This document shows positions 1 through 9,332 of a stretch of DNA of 64,000 nucleotides, one piece after another. Origin of the DNA: an uncultured Nitrososphaerota archaeon. Its GTDB lineage: Archaea; Thermoproteota; EX4484-205; JAAOZP01. Each line of letters opens with the position of its first letter. Within the stretch, counting starts at the first letter, position 1. Both the position numbers and the translations under genes were made by a program. Location of the stretch: assembly GCA_964416155.1 (NCBI GenBank), contig CAYQCW010000003.1, positions 70,318 to 134,317 on the forward strand. Direction: 5' to 3'. The notes beneath the pieces are model-generated. The model did no database searches. It saw only the letters and a list, made by a program, of their open reading frames with translations, and was not told the origin of the DNA.

Positions 1-178
1 CTACGAGGCTGCTCCCCTGCTCCCCAACCCTACCCGCCAGCTTGTCGAGCAGGCCTTGAATAGAGGTTTCATCATAGTTTTCAACAAGCATTGAAAGCGC
101 CTCAGGGTTTAAAAGCATCCCGCGGCGCGCAGCCTCCGTTAGGATTTTCCTCTTTACGGCTTCCTTATCTTGAGTCAA
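1..178 (-). CDS. 5' part of a gene running off the window edge, possibly DNA polymerase D small subunit (DP1) N-terminus
   Basis: TTG at 178 opens MTQDKEAVKRKILTEAARRGMLLNPEALSMLVEN..., open to position 1. 'RGMLLNPEAL' resembles DP1 N-termini, but the fragment is too short to be sure. Confidence 0.3.
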   Translation of the reverse strand, partial: MTQDKEAVKRKILTEAARRGMLLNPEALSMLVENYDETSIQGLLDKLAGRVGEQGSSLV

Positions 179-288
179 CCAATCAAGGAATAATAGCGAC
201 GGTTAAGTTAAACCTTGCCTCCCCTGTTAGGCCCACAGGGCTACGGAAAGTTTATTTACTTTAGCTAGAGGCAGTTAACAGGCCTGCA

Positions 289-468
289 ATGTCTAAGAAG
301 CGTTCGAAGAAGGATAGGCAGAGTTCACGCCTCCCGGCTGGAACAGCCGGGCTCCTCAGCACCCTGGGTGAAAAAGGAAAGGGTTTCCAGATTAAGCCAG
401 TAGTAATCGTTATTCTTTCCGCAGCTCTGATAGTGGGGAGCATTCTAATACTATTGCTGAATATATAG
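289..468 (+). CDS. secG: Preprotein translocase subunit Sec61beta/SecG (59 aa, not in ORF track)
   Basis: Hand translation MSKKRSKKDRQSSRLPAGTAGLLSTLGEKGKGFQIKPVVIVILSAALIVGSILILLLNI*: basic N-terminus, AGLL motif, 'IKP' then one C-terminal TM helix. Confidence 0.8.
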   Translation: MSKKRSKKDRQSSRLPAGTAGLLSTLGEKGKGFQIKPVVIVILSAALIVGSILILLLNI

Positions 469-471
469 GGA

Positions 472-2241
472 TTGTCTTCCGCAGACTCTTCCCGCCACCT
501 TAGGCTCCTTTTTTCATTCCCGTCTTTAAGCATTATTCTCCTCGCAAACCTTATGTTAGAATCACTTGTTTCACTAGCAATGCTTTCATTATTCTCATTT
601 TTTAAAACGTTCCCGCAAACACTAGTTGTTTTTTTCACACCATCCGTGTTCTCGACATTAATACACCGTGTTTTTTTCAATCGAGACGCGGTTTTCACGC
701 TAAGAAGGTTTTTCGCACTCCAACTAGTTCAAGAAGCGCTATACGCGTTTCTAGTGATCGCCGGGGCTCTAACCAGTGTCCTGCTCCCCGTTGAGCCAAG
801 CCACGCCATCCCCTGTGCAACACTATTCGGAATCGCCGTCTCCTCCTTCATATCTTTCCTAGTCATAACAGGTTTCTCCAGGAGGAGTATGCCCAGCATT
901 CTTACGGTCTCACTGCTGAACATGGTTCTACAATCGTTCCGTTGGATAGTTGCGAGCATTATTCTCTTTGAAAATCTGACGGAGGTTTTGGCAGTGATAC
1001 TGTTGGCATTCTCAACAGGCATATTACTGCTTGTGACCCTGAGCCTTAAAAGGGTCAGGGGTAAAACCTCGCCTTTAACAGTATTCCAAGCATACCTGGA
1101 TTACTATTTCAACAGAAACGGGGAGCCTCTTGAAAGGTTTTTTGAAGAGGCAAGCCGGGAGAACAGTCTGAGGCTTTCCACAGCCACTTTCACAACCATT
1201 GGGAAGCCACCCATATCCTTAATAGGTCTGAACATTCATTTCGGGCCCTTCGGAACACTTGGCAGCAGCACTCTGCCAAGCAGCCTAGTTGAGAAGATGG
1301 AGGGCGAGGGTGGGCGTCGAATAATGCTGTTACGCTCCCTTTCAGACCATAGTCTCAACCTTCCCTCGAAGAGAGAAGTTGAGAAAGCAGGCAGCATGAT
1401 AATGGCCTGTTTGAATTCGGCTAGGAGGCTTGAAGATTTTCCGGTTGGCTTCTCCCAGAAGGAAGCTGAAGGATACTGTGTCACCGCGGCCCGCTTAGGC
1501 CCATACTGCATAGTCTTCCTGTCTTGCCCAGGCCACTCGGTTGAGGACCTTCCACCGGAATGGCTGCCGATGCTCTCAAGCGTGGTTGAGAAAAAAGGTT
1601 TAACCCCCCTCCTCATATGCGACGCGCACAACTCTATAGACCCTTCCAGCTGGAAGGTGAGCAGCCCAGACGAGAAGATTTTCGCAAGCCTGCTCGGAGA
1701 AGCGGTAAACGACTTGGAGAAAAACCCGAGGAAAACCTTGAAAATAGGTTTCCACAGGATTACGCCTAAGGGTCTTCCCAGTGAAGAAGTAGGCCCAAGC
1801 GGGGTTTCAGGCCTGGTTTTCAACGTGGACGGTGAGAACCACGTTATCATGGTGATCGACGGCAACAACATGGTCATTGGGGTTAGGAGCATCTTGGCTG
1901 AAAGCCTCAGGAGACGTTTCAACGTTTCAACGCTGGAGATAATCACTACGGACACGCATGTTTTAACCGGTTTGAAAAAGGCTGAGAAGGGGTATTTCCC
2001 AGTCGGGTTTAAGACGAGCGTTGAATCTCTGCTTGAAGCATGCGGGGAAACCTTGTCCCGAGCGTTGGAGGAAGCCTCACCATGCGGGCTGGAGGTTTAT
2101 GTGGATGACGCTAAACCAGTCAGAGTTACGGGCGATATTTTCAGGGAGCTGGAGAGGATCGTGGAATACTCTGAGAAAACCATCATGCTACTGATGATAC
2201 TGCTTTTCCTTTTAACTGGCTTCCTGCTCTACGTTCTCTAA
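472..2241 (+). CDS. DUF2070-family membrane protein
   Basis: 589 aa with a multi-TM N-terminus and motifs HFGPFG, DAHN, DGNN and TTDTH. Confidence 0.7.
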   Translation: MSSADSSRHLRLLFSFPSLSIILLANLMLESLVSLAMLSLFSFFKTFPQTLVVFFTPSVFSTLIHRVFFNRDAVFTLRRFFALQLVQEALYAFLVIAGALTSVLLPVEPSHAIPCATLFGIAVSSFISFLVITGFSRRSMPSILTVSLLNMVLQSFRWIVASIILFENLTEVLAVILLAFSTGILLLVTLSLKRVRGKTSPLTVFQAYLDYYFNRNGEPLERFFEEASRENSLRLSTATFTTIGKPPISLIGLNIHFGPFGTLGSSTLPSSLVEKMEGEGGRRIMLLRSLSDHSLNLPSKREVEKAGSMIMACLNSARRLEDFPVGFSQKEAEGYCVTAARLGPYCIVFLSCPGHSVEDLPPEWLPMLSSVVEKKGLTPLLICDAHNSIDPSSWKVSSPDEKIFASLLGEAVNDLEKNPRKTLKIGFHRITPKGLPSEEVGPSGVSGLVFNVDGENHVIMVIDGNNMVIGVRSILAESLRRRFNVSTLEIITTDTHVLTGLKKAEKGYFPVGFKTSVESLLEACGETLSRALEEASPCGLEVYVDDAKPVRVTGDIFRELERIVEYSEKTIMLLMILLFLLTGFLLYVL

Positions 2242-2242
2242 C

Positions 2243-2521
2243 TCATGTCGAATGAGGGTTTTTAAGAACTATTTCTATAACAGGAATTATCCTCGAGTTT
2301 TCAGCAGCATTAACATCCTCAACTATTCTGATCTCAAGAATCTGAGTCCCAGCCACGTTTCTGCGGAGAAGATTCGCCACGTCAACAGCCCTAGAAATGT
2401 TGCTACCCCTCCCTCGTATTGTTAGGGTTTTACTGCCGCTGTTGAAAACAGTGATGCAGGCAGTAACATAGTTCCACGGCTTCTTCTTCCCGACGACCAC
2501 TATAGGGCTACTGCTCAACAC
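2243..2521 (-). CDS. albA: DNA/RNA-binding protein Alba
   Basis: VVGKKKPWNYV...IRGRGSNISRAVDVA...IEIVL Alba signature. Confidence 0.85.
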   Translation of the reverse strand: MLSSSPIVVVGKKKPWNYVTACITVFNSGSKTLTIRGRGSNISRAVDVANLLRRNVAGTQILEIRIVEDVNAAENSRIIPVIEIVLKNPHST

Positions 2522-4010
2522 CTATCTCCTCCACCTCACTGTCGCCAGTAACCTCTACACGTATCCCCCTAATACCCCTCTCCCTAACGTTACACCATTT
2601 TATCCTAACGCTTCTCCCAGGAGTCAACCACGATATTTTACCAGTGTTTTCACGCCAAGCCACTACCTCAACCAACCCAGTATCATCAACAAGATTGAAA
2701 CGGCATGTTTTTATTCTTTCACCTGAGGCTGAAACAATCTCCTGCTCCTCAGGCTTGCTGGAGACAACCCCCTCCACGTGAATCCTTCTCAAGCCTGGTT
2801 CAAGCTCACTCACCCTGTAAACCTCCTCAGGAACCCTTAAGCCGGGCATGCCCTCCTCAACCCTGACTATCGTGGTCACTGAAGCGGTGCTCAGCAAAAC
2901 CTGCCTCCCCCAGCGCTTTGGAACCAAGTTCAGGAAACACACTTTCTTACCCTCTCCTATCTGCTTAAGCCTGTCTACAAGACTGTTCCAAACTGTTAAA
3001 ACAGTGTACGACTCCCCGTCTGAAACAATAACATCCATAAACCTTCTCAGTCTGCCGCCGACTGCAACAACATTCTCAGAGAACATTTTAAGAATGAAGA
3101 GCTTAAGGTTTACAGGCTTGCCCGAGCCTATTGTGGAGAGAGTAGCATAATCCACATCCTCCGCCCCGCCCACAACCTCTATGCAGCCGAGCGAGTCCAG
3201 TTCAAGCTCCAGGTTACCGCTTAAACCCCTTCTAACCCTTGCACCAGCAACCAGAACCGTGCTGAAAACATCCTTCTCAGAAATCTTCCCAGAATGCTCC
3301 TGCCAAAGGGTTAACGGCACCCTAACATCCTCCTCGGCCAAGACAATTCTTCTTACAGCACCCTCACCACCCCTAGGATCAGTGAAAGTCTTAAGCTCTG
3401 AGACACCGGCTACAGTCGCCTTAACGTTAACAATATTGTCTGAGTAACCTATGTTCCCAATCCTCTTGAAGAACAATTCTCTCGCAGGCATGTCTAAACT
3501 TTCCTCAGCCTTTGAAACACTCCCCATGTTGCCCAGGTGAATCTCGACGGTGCCGAGCCTACCCTCCTTGCTGTAGGCCCTGCTAACCCTGACAACGTCC
3601 CCCGGCTGGATGTTTAACTCCCTCAGCAGGCCAGCCTTCTCCCTCCACAAGTACAGGTAGCACCATCCCGAGGAGTCCCCCAGAATTACCCTTGTTATCG
3701 GAATCCTCTCACCGTTGGATTCAACCTCCTTAGGCTCGAGAATAGCAATAACCCTCCCACGCGTAGAAATGTTCGTCAAACCTGAGACTATATTCCCTAT
3801 CTTAACCTCTTTCTCTAGCGAGACCTCCTCAAGCCTGACGCCCAGCTCGTTCGCTACGCTGAAAACAGCCCAAACCTCCCTGTAAGCCTCACTAACTCTG
3901 GCTTCCCTCTTCCTCTCCTCAATCATGCAAAGAAGATCCTCCCTAGTAATGTCTCTCCTCCTTTCAAGGATCGTTTCAACGTACCTGCGGATAAGCTCCT
4001 CTCTAGACAC
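2508..4010 (-). CDS. rpa: Replication protein A-like multi-OB-fold ssDNA-binding protein
   Basis: 500 aa with about four OB repeats (LGDSSG..LYLW, LAEEDV..LTLW, VSDGES..LTVW, LVDDTG..VVAW). Confidence 0.8.
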   Translation of the reverse strand: MSREELIRRYVETILERRRDITREDLLCMIEERKREARVSEAYREVWAVFSVANELGVRLEEVSLEKEVKIGNIVSGLTNISTRGRVIAILEPKEVESNGERIPITRVILGDSSGWCYLYLWREKAGLLRELNIQPGDVVRVSRAYSKEGRLGTVEIHLGNMGSVSKAEESLDMPARELFFKRIGNIGYSDNIVNVKATVAGVSELKTFTDPRGGEGAVRRIVLAEEDVRVPLTLWQEHSGKISEKDVFSTVLVAGARVRRGLSGNLELELDSLGCIEVVGGAEDVDYATLSTIGSGKPVNLKLFILKMFSENVVAVGGRLRRFMDVIVSDGESYTVLTVWNSLVDRLKQIGEGKKVCFLNLVPKRWGRQVLLSTASVTTIVRVEEGMPGLRVPEEVYRVSELEPGLRRIHVEGVVSSKPEEQEIVSASGERIKTCRFNLVDDTGLVEVVAWRENTGKISWLTPGRSVRIKWCNVRERGIRGIRVEVTGDSEVEEIGVEQ

Positions 4011-4265
4011 GCCTGCCCTCTCCCTTTTTCACATCCCTCTTTGAGAACCGCTTGGTGAGTATTTACACATAGCTCTACCTCTGAGCCTGACGCTTAACAG
4101 TCCTACTTGCGATAAAGTATATTAACACTATTAAAGCACCCACTGCCAACACTAGGGAAACTGTCTCCAGCATTTTTACGAAGTCGTTAACACTCATTAC
4201 CAGAGGTAGTCAAGGTAAAGGTTAATAAGCTTTATTTACGACTGGAAACCAGTTGGTGGTACGGG

Positions 4266-4901
4266 TTGAGCGGAGAAGAAGGAGTGAAATTCCCCCTTTC
4301 AGAAGCCTTCTCGTTCAGTCTTGAAAGCATTAAACGCAGATTCGGAAGAGCACTCGTAACAATGGCTTCAATCGTCCTAGGAATATCCTTTCTAACCTTC
4401 CTCCTGACCACGGGCAGAATAGTCTCAGTCCTATACGGGGAGGGCTCCGGAGTAGCAGTACAGTTCTACCAGCTTTGGATGGCGGTAATAGCCCTCTTAA
4501 TATGCTCCGTCGGAATAGTGAACAGCATGCTCATGAGCGTCACAGAAAGATACAAGGAGATAGGAACCATGAAGTGTCTGGGCGCGATGAACACGCACGT
4601 GCTCGAAATATTCCTAATAGAGGCTTTATTACTCGGCTTCATCGGCGGCCTCATCGGCGCCGTAGCAGGATGGATAATAGCAACAGTATGGCAAGCCTTC
4701 ACGCAAGCCTCACCCGTAAACATATTCATGGTTTCCGCAAGCCTGTGGACAGAGTTCAACGTCAGCAACCCGCTACTCCTACTGGCAAACCCGCTGATAG
4801 CCATAGCTTTAAGCGTAGTCATAGCACTGCTAGCAGCACTGGCACCAGCATACATAGCTGCGAAACTAAGCCCGACGGAAGCCTTAAGATACGAGGTGTA
4901 G
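4266..4901 (+). CDS. ABC transporter permease, FtsX/MacB-like
   Basis: NSMLMSVTERYKEIGTMKCLGA and C-terminal PAYIAAKLSPTEALRYE. Confidence 0.85.
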   Translation: MSGEEGVKFPLSEAFSFSLESIKRRFGRALVTMASIVLGISFLTFLLTTGRIVSVLYGEGSGVAVQFYQLWMAVIALLICSVGIVNSMLMSVTERYKEIGTMKCLGAMNTHVLEIFLIEALLLGFIGGLIGAVAGWIIATVWQAFTQASPVNIFMVSASLWTEFNVSNPLLLLANPLIAIALSVVIALLAALAPAYIAAKLSPTEALRYEV

Positions 4902-4916
4902 AAGGAGGATAGGGAA

Positions 4917-5642
4917 ATGACTCTCAGATATGAGTACGCGGTTGAAACCGAGGACCTGGCGAAATACTACGTCATGGGGCCGGTGACGGTCAGAGCACTA
5001 GACGGGGTCAGCGTGAAAATCAGAAGATCAGAATACCTCTCAATAATGGGGCCCTCGGGAAGCGGCAAGACAACATTCTTCAACATGGTTGGAGGACTAG
5101 ACAGGCCGACCAGAGGAAAAGTCTTCATCGACGAGGTTGACATAGCAAGCCTAGACGCCTACGAGCTCGCATGGCTCAGGGCAAAGAAAATAGGCTACAT
5201 ATTCCAAACGTTCAACCTAATACCCGTACTAACAGCCCTAGAAAACGTTACACTACCAATGGTGTTCACAGGCGTCGAAAGAGAAGAGAGGCTGAGAAGA
5301 GCAAGAGAAATGCTAACCAGAGTCGGCCTAGGAGAAAGACTAGACCACAAGCCCGGAGAACTCTCAGGAGGACAACAGCAAAGAGTAGCAATAGCAAGAG
5401 CACTAGTCAACGACCCAGTAATAGTCCTAGCAGACGAGCCCACAGGAAACCTCGACCTACACACAGGACTAGAAATAATCAACCTCCTGAAAACACTAAA
5501 CACGGAGAAAAAGGTCACGATAATAAACGCCACCCACGACCTCAAAATGATCGACGTCAGCGACCGCATTTTTTGGTTACGTGATGGCAAGATTGAGAGG
5601 ATTGAGACTAGGGCCGAGGTTGCTGTCAAAGAAGTAGAGTAA
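4917..5642 (+). CDS. ABC transporter ATP-binding protein (LolD/MacB-like)
   Basis: Walker A GPSGSGKT, LSGGQQQRVAIARAL, ADEPTGNLD. Confidence 0.92.
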   Translation: MTLRYEYAVETEDLAKYYVMGPVTVRALDGVSVKIRRSEYLSIMGPSGSGKTTFFNMVGGLDRPTRGKVFIDEVDIASLDAYELAWLRAKKIGYIFQTFNLIPVLTALENVTLPMVFTGVEREERLRRAREMLTRVGLGERLDHKPGELSGGQQQRVAIARALVNDPVIVLADEPTGNLDLHTGLEIINLLKTLNTEKKVTIINATHDLKMIDVSDRIFWLRDGKIERIETRAEVAVKEVE

Positions 5643-6177
5643 TAGATATAAATACTATTTTTCTTTAATCTTTTTTAATTTTCTACAGAATAATATTATT
5701 GCAAATCGCACCCTTCTTTAAGATAAGAGAAAAAGAAATGGATTTTACCCCCTTAGCCTATGCTTACAAGCTCTGGCTGGGCACTGGTTAACTATCTAGC
5801 GGCGTCCAGCCTGTCCAACCATCTTCATGAATGTTGAACCATATTCGTAGCCATTCTCAAAACACTGCCTGAGCAATCTTTTCAGGCATCTGGGACAGTT
5901 GTTAAAACACCAGATACTGGTCTGCATTTCTCCTAGCGCGCGCTTAAGATAGCATCGGAATTCGAAAGAGTCCCTGAAAAAATACGAGTTGGAAATCATA
6001 AGGTCTGCGAGGATTGAGTTCGAGTACCTTAGAATTAAAAAACCTTAGGGAAGATAGAAAGATTAAGGATGTGATTTTAGAGGAAATCAGTTCTCAAAAA
6101 TAAGGCCTGGCTGCATCAAAAATATGAACAGGACTTACCATAAAAGTTTGATGTAAAGTGGGATTTGCTAAGAACCG

Positions 6178-6613
6178 TTAGAGGATAATAAGCGTCTTAA
6201 AGCAAACAGAATTGCGTGTTAGGATCTTTGGAGCGGGACGCCTATTCTTGAAGAATCTGCGCAGAAAGTAGCTGCTTGCAAGAAGTATTGCGCCACATAA
6301 GGTTATGTTCCTCGGCCACTCAACTGAAGGGTAAACCACAAATGGTGAAAGGACCGTTATCAGGATAGCCTTATGGAGTTCATTCTTTAAAATTCCAGTT
6401 TCGTCCAATATTCCGATTAACGGGAAACAGAATAATGGTAAAAGTCTTATGAAAACCGAGATAATCCTGTTCCATAAGATAAAAACGCATTGCTATAGCA
6501 ATACTTACAACAGATAATAGCATAAAGAGGCGCGCTCTGACAGTATGGAAACAATCTCTTCTTTCTTAAACGTCTTAAGTAGTTATCCAACCATGCTAGT
6601 TACAATTTTCCAT
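6178..6613 (-). pseudogene. Probable decayed AT-rich small membrane-protein gene
   Basis: Hydrophobic 76-aa ORF (6178-6408) with broken hydrophobic frames upstream, in an AT-rich block. Confidence 0.25.
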
Positions 6614-6701
6614 GAACAGCCTGTTCTAAATATTCGAACAAAGTGTCCCAAAATCTAGGATAATTAAGCCGTAGGATTGACTATAGGTGGTGTAAACCCG
6701 G

Positions 6702-8552
6702 ATGGCGAGAAGCAGTTTAATAAGAGGATTGGTTACAGCCCTTTCATTGATTCTGATTACCTCAACCTTCTTAACGGCTTTCATTGTCCAAATGAACGAG
6801 GAGAACAGTATTGGAGGTTTGAAGAGCTTCAACACATATGAGGAGATCAGGAGATTCGTAAAGGCTAGGGCTGTCGAGATTCTTTACGTTAACCGCTTGT
6901 TTTACCGTTTCTCCATCCCCCTCCTGGCGGATAGCGCATTCGGGGTTTCCAAGGGTGTCTTTGAGTACTCCCCAACTAATATTCAGGTCTCTGGCGTGGA
7001 TGAGGCAGACACGGTTAAGACGGATGGCAGATACATCTACATGATTTCTGAAAACAGTGTTTTCATAGTTGAAGCCTACCCTCCTGAGAGCATGAGGAAG
7101 GCCTCCAAGATTACTGTAGACGGGTATCCCGTAGGATTGTTTGCTAACGATGACAGGCTTGCAGTAATAATGCATGAGGACCTCCTGCTGAAGGATGATT
7201 ACTACGGGTCGTGGGGGGTCTCGTTGGCTATTTATGATGTTTCTGATGCTCAGAACCCTAGGCTCATTAGGAAAATCTCTGCTGAGGGAGGATACGTTAG
7301 CTCGAGAATGATTGGGAAGCATGTTTACATGGTTACAACTAAGCCGGCAGTCAGTCCTCTCGAGAAAGATGTTAAAGTCCTATTCCCCAGGATTATTGTA
7401 AACGGCGTCGTCGCCACAATCCCAGCTGATAAAATATTTTACTCGAACGGGACTGAAGCTCCGGAGAGCTACACGATCATAACCGCGACTGATGTTTCCG
7501 CTGAAGAAGGAGGGGTGGAGTCTAAAGCCGTGTTAACAGGTTACGCCTCCTGCATGTATGTTTCCTTGAGCAACATATATATCGCGATGCCCAGGTGGAT
7601 CCGCGGCGGAGGGGAATCCACGGAGATACACAGGATCAGGATTAATGGCCTCGAGATAGAGTGTGAGGCGAGCGGCGAGGTCCCTGGAAGTGTTTTAAAC
7701 CAGTTTTCAATGGACGAGTATCAAGGCTATTTCAGAATCGCCACAACCACGGGCCATGTTGCAAGGTTTCTCAGCGAGGCCACCAGCGCCAACCATGTTT
7801 ACATATTAGACTCCAAGAACCTTGAGATTGTTGGCAGGCTTGAAAACCTTGCTCCCGGCGAGGAGATATACTCGGCCAGATTTATGGGTGCAAGATGCTA
7901 CCTCGTAACGTTCAAAAAGGTCGATCCTCTTTTCACAATAGACCTCAGCAACCCTGCTGAGCCAAAGGTATTGGGCAAGCTTAAGATACCCGGCTATTCA
8001 GACTATCTTCACCCTTATGACGAGAACTATCTGATAGGAATAGGTAAGGAGACGGTTGAGGCGGAGGAGGGAGATTTCGCATGGTACCAAGGCTTGAAAA
8101 TATCTTTGTTCGACGTTTCAAACGTTACCAGCCCTAGGGAGGTTGGGAAAATCATCGTTGGTGACAGGGGGACGGATTCGCCTGCCCTACGGGATCATCA
8201 CGCACTGCTCTTCGACAAGAATAGGAATCTACTTGTAATACCGATTCTGGAGGCAAAGATTTTCCGCGAAAAATACTCCGGCAACATACCGCCAAACACT
8301 TACGGCGAATATGTTTTTCAAGGAGCATATGTATTCAGAGTTTCACCGGAAGAAGGGATTACGCTTAGAGGTAGAATAACGCATCTGGAAGATCAGGAGG
8401 AGCTTGATAAAAGCGGGTACTACTTCAGCTCGAAGTACACGGTGATGAGAAGCCTATACGTGGGTGACGTGATCTACACGGTTTCCAGTGGAAAGATCAA
8501 GGCTAACAGTCTGACAGACCTTTCAGAAATCTCTAAGGTCGAGCTGAATTAA
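6702..8552 (+). CDS. Secreted beta-propeller domain protein (Beta_propel family)
   Basis: Signal/TM N-terminus, then TNIQVSGVDEADTVKTDG, NQFSMDEY, IYSARF, VTFKKVDPLF, LKIPGYSDYLHP. Confidence 0.85.
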   Translation: MARSSLIRGLVTALSLILITSTFLTAFIVQMNEENSIGGLKSFNTYEEIRRFVKARAVEILYVNRLFYRFSIPLLADSAFGVSKGVFEYSPTNIQVSGVDEADTVKTDGRYIYMISENSVFIVEAYPPESMRKASKITVDGYPVGLFANDDRLAVIMHEDLLLKDDYYGSWGVSLAIYDVSDAQNPRLIRKISAEGGYVSSRMIGKHVYMVTTKPAVSPLEKDVKVLFPRIIVNGVVATIPADKIFYSNGTEAPESYTIITATDVSAEEGGVESKAVLTGYASCMYVSLSNIYIAMPRWIRGGGESTEIHRIRINGLEIECEASGEVPGSVLNQFSMDEYQGYFRIATTTGHVARFLSEATSANHVYILDSKNLEIVGRLENLAPGEEIYSARFMGARCYLVTFKKVDPLFTIDLSNPAEPKVLGKLKIPGYSDYLHPYDENYLIGIGKETVEAEEGDFAWYQGLKISLFDVSNVTSPREVGKIIVGDRGTDSPALRDHHALLFDKNRNLLVIPILEAKIFREKYSGNIPPNTYGEYVFQGAYVFRVSPEEGITLRGRITHLEDQEELDKSGYYFSSKYTVMRSLYVGDVIYTVSSGKIKANSLTDLSEISKVELN

Positions 8553-8586
8553 CCCAGTCATATTTTTCTAATTTTAAAGAACTCTT

Positions 8587-8966
8587 TTAATCCCAGTACC
8601 TCGTTTTCAAGCCTCTTTGCATACTCCTTATCTGAAAAAGGCTTTGAGACGCTTCACTGGTGTCGTAAGCGTCTATAACCTCCTCCTTTAGTGTTACAGA
8701 ATATCTTGCGCCAGGATCTATCTCGTCAAGCATCTGGATGAGAACCTTTCTCTCCTCCTCAGGCATTATTCTTCTATCTATCATGGCAGCGGTCGACAGC
8801 ATAGCCGGTTGCAATTCCTCTGTAAACAGGTACTGAATAGAAACCTGCGTACTTTCTTTCCAGACCCTCTGGCCCAGGCCTCGTCACAACACGCTCTGTC
8901 TCTTCAGTAAGCCTAATAGGGTCGAAAGGCTAAGCCCTGGACTAGAAACCTTTGATACTCCTCCAT
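8587..8966 (-). pseudogene. Frameshifted, internally deleted radical-SAM (Fe-S oxidoreductase) gene remnant
   Basis: MEEYQRFL, frameshift, PFDPIRLTEETERVVTRPGPEGLERKYAGFYSVPVYRGIATGYAV, then a break just before the expected CxxxCxxC, followed by a C-terminal-like MPEEERKVLIQMLDEIDP...EEVIDAYD. Confidence 0.55.
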
Positions 8967-9117
8967 TTTCCACCCGATTGACATGAGGTAGAAGCCTAAT
9001 AAACGGAGACGCGGCACGTAAAAAATCTCTTAGGACCTCCGACTAGCCTTTTTCCGCTACTTTGACAGAAATACTTGTAGGAGATTACCTAGCACGCGCT
9101 TGAGCTGGCAACAAAAG

Positions 9118-9204
9118 TGGACCGGGAGGGACTCGAACCCTCGACCCTTCGGGGTCGCCCATTCCGAGTGCGAGTCGGACATTCTACCACTGAACTACCG
9201 GCCC
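9118..9204 (-). tRNA. tRNA-Ala(CGC) with 15-nt BHB intron at 44/45 (9147-9161)
   Basis: GGGCCGG/CCGGTCCA acceptor with G3:U70 and anticodon arm TCCGA-CT CGC AC-TCGGA. Removing TGGGCGACCCCGAAG gives an AGGTC variable loop and a 72-nt tRNA. Confidence 0.93.
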
Positions 9205-9332
9205 TAAGCAGGTTAAAAGTGCCCGCCTTTTTATACTTTAAGTTTTTCCACCTGCTTTTAAAGCTCGAAAAACGTTTATCAGAAAGACTGTTTTTACTTT
9301 AATGCGATATTAAGCTGGAAAGGAGCCGAGGG

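Noticed and set aside
4084-4096. 12/13-nt complementarity between the rpa leader and the rRNA spacer (41861-41873)
   Set aside because: The match is short and the spacer segment is already in its own hairpin, so it is probably chance.
9117-9302. Short ORFs over tRNA genes (also 29843, 30018, 30326, 44655, 45010, 45804, 46724)
   Set aside because: Spurious frames overlapping tRNAs.
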